A DNA stretch of 64,000 nucleotides from Caldisericota bacterium. GTDB lineage: Bacteria > Caldisericota > Caldisericia > JAAYUI01. A program made the position numbers and the translations under genes. The notes beneath the pieces were generated by a model. That model made no database searches. It saw only the letters and a program-made list of their open reading frames with translations, and had not been told where the DNA came from. The stretch lies in NCBI GenBank assembly GCA_029548865.1, contig JAKPMO010000023.1, forward strand, positions 1 to 64,000. Direction: 5' to 3'. Shown in pieces: positions 60,862-64,000 of the stretch; the stretch's first letter is position 1; each line of letters begins with the position of its first letter.

Positions 60862-62796
60862 ATGAACTACGACGATCTTGATTACTACCAAAGCCTGGGT
60901 TTCAAATCAGGACTTGAGATTCATCAACAGCTAAATACCCAGAAAAAGCTGTTTTGCCACTGCCCGGTTGGCTACCAGAAGGTGGAGCCGGACGCCAGGA
61001 TTGTTCGTCACATGAGGCCAACGCTCTCCGAAATGGGCACATACGACGGCACGGCACTGATGGAGTTCAAAACCCACAAAGAAGTTGTGTACCTTCTTTA
61101 TCGTGATTATGTTTGCACATACGAGATGGATGATACGCCACCATTCCCGATAAACCAGCAGGCACTTGATTACGCAATCGAAATCGCGCTCATGCTCAAC
61201 TGCCAGCTGGTGGACGAAGTCCATATCACAAGAAAACAGTATCTGGATGGTTCCATACCAACCGGTTTCCAGAGAACCGCCATCATTGGTGTTGATGGCT
61301 GGGTGCCATACAAAGGCAGAAAAATAAGGATACAGCAACTGGCACTTGAAGAGGATTCCTGCAGGGAAGTTTCCGATATTGGCCACAGGATAGTTTTCAA
61401 AACTGACAGGCTCTCAACCCCACTCATTGAGATAGTCACTTATCCCGACATGAGAACACCCCGGGAGTGTGCAGAGGTCGACGAGCTCCTTGGCAGGCTC
61501 CTGAGGGCCTCAGGGCTTGTCAGGCGAGGTATAGGGACTGTCAGGCAGGATGTCAACAGCTCGATAAATGGAGCACCTAGAATCGAAATTAAGGGTGTTC
61601 CGAAAACATGGTACATCCCCAAAATGCTCGACACTGAAGTGAAGAGGCAGAGAAAACTCCTTGAGATAAAGGAAAAACTTGTTTCTTACGGTCTTGTTCC
61701 AAACCAGAAGCTGGATTCTTCGCTCAGGGAGCAGGAGCGCCAGATCGAGCTTGAAAAGATAAGAAATTCAAATGTGGCAGATGTGACAGACATGCTCCTG
61801 AAATCTTCTTCCCCGCAGGTCAAAAATGCGATCTCAAGGGGTGACAAGATTTGGGCAGTCAAGCTCCCGCAGTTTCATGAAGTATTATCGGCAGAGCTCC
61901 AGCCCGGCTGGCAGTTTGCTGATGAATTTGGCGCGAGGGTCAGGGTCATCGCCTGCATCGACAAGATGCCAAATCTCACCTTCAGATCGGGCAAGCTCCT
62001 TTATCCTGGTGACTGGGAACCGATCGCACAAAAACTGAATGCTTATCCAACAGACGAAATAGTGCTTGTCTGGGGCCCAGAGGCTGACCTGAAAACCGCC
62101 GTCAATGAAGTAATACTGAGGGCAGACGAGGCAGTCAGGGGAATACCGGAAGAAACAAGGCAACACATGCAAGATGGCTACAGGACCGATTTCGAAAGGG
62201 TCTTGCCTGGACCAGACCGTATGTATCCGGACACCGATTCTCCGCCAGTCAGATTGACCAGGGAGAGGGTTGACCGCATAAGGGCAGACATGGCCCAGCG
62301 CCCATGGGAGCGCGAAGAAAAATATGCAAAACTGGGACTTTCCAAGTGCGTTTCCGACAAGCTGGCGACCCACCAGAGAGCAAAGCTGTTTGACAAGCTT
62401 GTTGATTTGGGTATTTTGCCGAAGCTTGCCGCAGAATTGATTGTAGATTGGCTCACTGATCTCAAGAGACAAAGATTGATTGTCTCCAGGCTGACTGATG
62501 ACACTGTTATAAAAGTCATGATGGAAGCCAAGGAAAAGGGTCTGCCAAAAGAAGCAATCAAGAACGAGCTCAAGGCTTTTGCTTCCGATTCCAATTACAT
62601 TGCAAAGACCCAGTCAATGGCAACAGACTCGGTAATAAAATTCATTGTCGAGGGTGTTGTAGACAGATCAATGCAGCTCAAGTTCTCTTCAAAAGAGGCT
62701 CAGACAAGGTGGGCAAAGGGCCAGGCAATGCAGTCCCTTTATGGCAGGGCCCATGGTTCGAAGGTTGCGAAAGTTATTGAAGAGGCGCTTTCATAG
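60862..62796 (+). CDS. gatE: Glu-tRNA(Gln) amidotransferase subunit E (GatE-like)
   Basis: GLEIHQQL, KLFC.CP, RPTLSEMG, RK..LDGS..TGFQRT, LEED, RQDVN.SI, EIKGV, central insertion, PEETR, PG..RMYPDTD; 644 aa. Confidence 0.88.
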   Translation: MNYDDLDYYQSLGFKSGLEIHQQLNTQKKLFCHCPVGYQKVEPDARIVRHMRPTLSEMGTYDGTALMEFKTHKEVVYLLYRDYVCTYEMDDTPPFPINQQALDYAIEIALMLNCQLVDEVHITRKQYLDGSIPTGFQRTAIIGVDGWVPYKGRKIRIQQLALEEDSCREVSDIGHRIVFKTDRLSTPLIEIVTYPDMRTPRECAEVDELLGRLLRASGLVRRGIGTVRQDVNSSINGAPRIEIKGVPKTWYIPKMLDTEVKRQRKLLEIKEKLVSYGLVPNQKLDSSLREQERQIELEKIRNSNVADVTDMLLKSSSPQVKNAISRGDKIWAVKLPQFHEVLSAELQPGWQFADEFGARVRVIACIDKMPNLTFRSGKLLYPGDWEPIAQKLNAYPTDEIVLVWGPEADLKTAVNEVILRADEAVRGIPEETRQHMQDGYRTDFERVLPGPDRMYPDTDSPPVRLTRERVDRIRADMAQRPWEREEKYAKLGLSKCVSDKLATHQRAKLFDKLVDLGILPKLAAELIVDWLTDLKRQRLIVSRLTDDTVIKVMMEAKEKGLPKEAIKNELKAFASDSNYIAKTQSMATDSVIKFIVEGVVDRSMQLKFSSKEAQTRWAKGQAMQSLYGRAHGSKVAKVIEEALS

Positions 62797-62822
62797 ATTG
62801 ATTGTTTTTAATCACAACAAAT

Positions 62823-62854
62823 AAAAAGGTCGCAAGATTCTTGCGACCTTTTTT
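62823..62854. terminator. Bidirectional terminator
   Basis: AAAAAGGTCGCAAG-ATT-CTTGCGACCTTTTTT. Confidence 0.88.
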
Positions 62855-62886
62855 AATTTTTGCGAGGATTGCGGGGGAATAAACTC

Positions 62887-63369
62887 TTATCTTTTGCTCA
62901 AAATCTTTTCCATCTGGCACTGGATTGTTTTGAAACCCAGCTTTTCATAGAGGGTTTTTGCCTTCCGGTTGAATTCCCAAACATTCAGTTGGACAATATT
63001 TATGTCATTTTCCAGTGCCCACTCCTCAACTCTCTTCATCAGGGTAGTTCCAACCCCGGAACCCTGGAATTCCTTGCTCACAGCCAGTTCGTTGATACTC
63101 ACATATGGAACATTGATTAGATCGTCCGGTTCTTCTATTATCATCGCCAGAACAAAACCGGCCAGTTTTCCGTTCTCTTTTGCCACAAAAAAACCAATTT
63201 CCGGATTTTCAAGCCATTCGTTGAAATCGTCTTCGAGTTGTTCATCCGTGATAATCATTGGGTCCATGAGAAACTGTGAACGATTGCCCTCAAGAAGTTC
63301 TTCGCCATATCTATGGAGTTTTATGAGTTCTGGGATGTCCCCTGGTTTTGCGCCGCGCTCTATGTCCAT
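62887..63369 (-). CDS. GNAT family acetyltransferase
   Basis: LAVSKEFQGSGVGTTLM, LNVWEFN..A..LYEKLGF. Confidence 0.95.
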   Translation of the reverse strand: MDIERGAKPGDIPELIKLHRYGEELLEGNRSQFLMDPMIITDEQLEDDFNEWLENPEIGFFVAKENGKLAGFVLAMIIEEPDDLINVPYVSINELAVSKEFQGSGVGTTLMKRVEEWALENDINIVQLNVWEFNRKAKTLYEKLGFKTIQCQMEKILSKR

Positions 63370-63408
63370 TTTGCCCTCATTATTGTAGGAAATTCCAAGA
63401 AGGAATTA

Positions 63409-64000
63409 TCAGGGTAACCTCTCCAGGAAAAATATCCTGTAATGGTCGTCGATTTTTATATGGCGTGTCACTCTTAGTCTTGCTTCTGCAATTTCTTTTG
63501 CGAACATCCGCAAATCAGCAAAAAACCTTGTATTTGTTTTGTTTACGAAAGTTATAGGGTTAAACTCTTCCTTGAATTTTTCAGGGACCCCAAGCATTGT
63601 AGCCACCACGATTGTGCCCGTTGTTGTGAGGTTCTCGCGCATTCTTTTCAGGAGGAAAACCCTGTCTCCCCCTATGATACTTTGGAGGACCTGGTTGGCT
63701 ATGATCCAGTCGTAGGGAGGGTTTGGATATCCCTTGTGTGTCATAGCATTTGCAGCAAAGAAAGCCAGGTTTTCTGGTGGATTTTTGGACTGGCATATCC
63801 TTATTGCTGTTTCAGAAAGATCGCAGGCCTCAACTTTTACCCCCCGTTTTGCCAACTCGATTGCAAGCTCCCCGCCACCACAACCAACCTCCAGAATGGT
63901 GGCATATTCAGGAAAGATTTGCTCCCTGGCCCATTTGAGAAGGAACCTCTGAGATACATCAGATTCAATTGGCCACCCAGTGCCACCCTCGCAACAAATC
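63409..64000 (-). CDS. Class I SAM-dependent methyltransferase (5' end outside the window)
   Basis: Frame open to the window edge; ILEVGCGGG motif I, ACDLSETAI, YDWI. Confidence 0.88.
   Translation of the reverse strand, partial: ICCEGGTGWPIESDVSQRFLLKWAREQIFPEYATILEVGCGGGELAIELAKRGVKVEACDLSETAIRICQSKNPPENLAFFAANAMTHKGYPNPPYDWIIANQVLQSIIGGDRVFLLKRMRENLTTTGTIVVATMLGVPEKFKEEFNPITFVNKTNTRFFADLRMFAKEIAEARLRVTRHIKIDDHYRIFFLERLP

Overview
Chromosomal window from an anaerobic bacterium of moderate GC content. Several secreted proteins carry C-terminal copper-amine-oxidase-like 'stalk' domains, which is reminiscent of Caldisericota (inference, not verified). About 55 CDS are present, mostly housekeeping or metabolic: trxA plus a disulfide oxidoreductase, purD-purE, Hsp20, MarR-ABC exporter, glutamate dehydrogenase, etfBA, split class I fumarase, smc, copA, menA/menG. 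A 23S-5S rRNA unit has its own promoter and no 16S gene. No CRISPR array, tRNA, integrase or transposase was recognised. Most notable observations: an archaeal-type GatE gene in a bacterial context; unlinked rRNA genes; about ten genes whose -10 box lies 6-8 nt from the start codon (leaderless mRNAs); an alpha-CTD/sigma4 fusion protein; a tandem array of four divergent membrane paralogues; a DUF4388 plus MglA-like GTPase pair and a second DUF4388 response regulator; a PEP-synthase-like protein near gdh; several sulfur/redox enzyme homologues lacking their catalytic Cys; a GC-chimeric gene; and a decayed toxin-antitoxin locus in front of an AT-rich orphan. All family calls come from motif recognition by eye; no searches were run.
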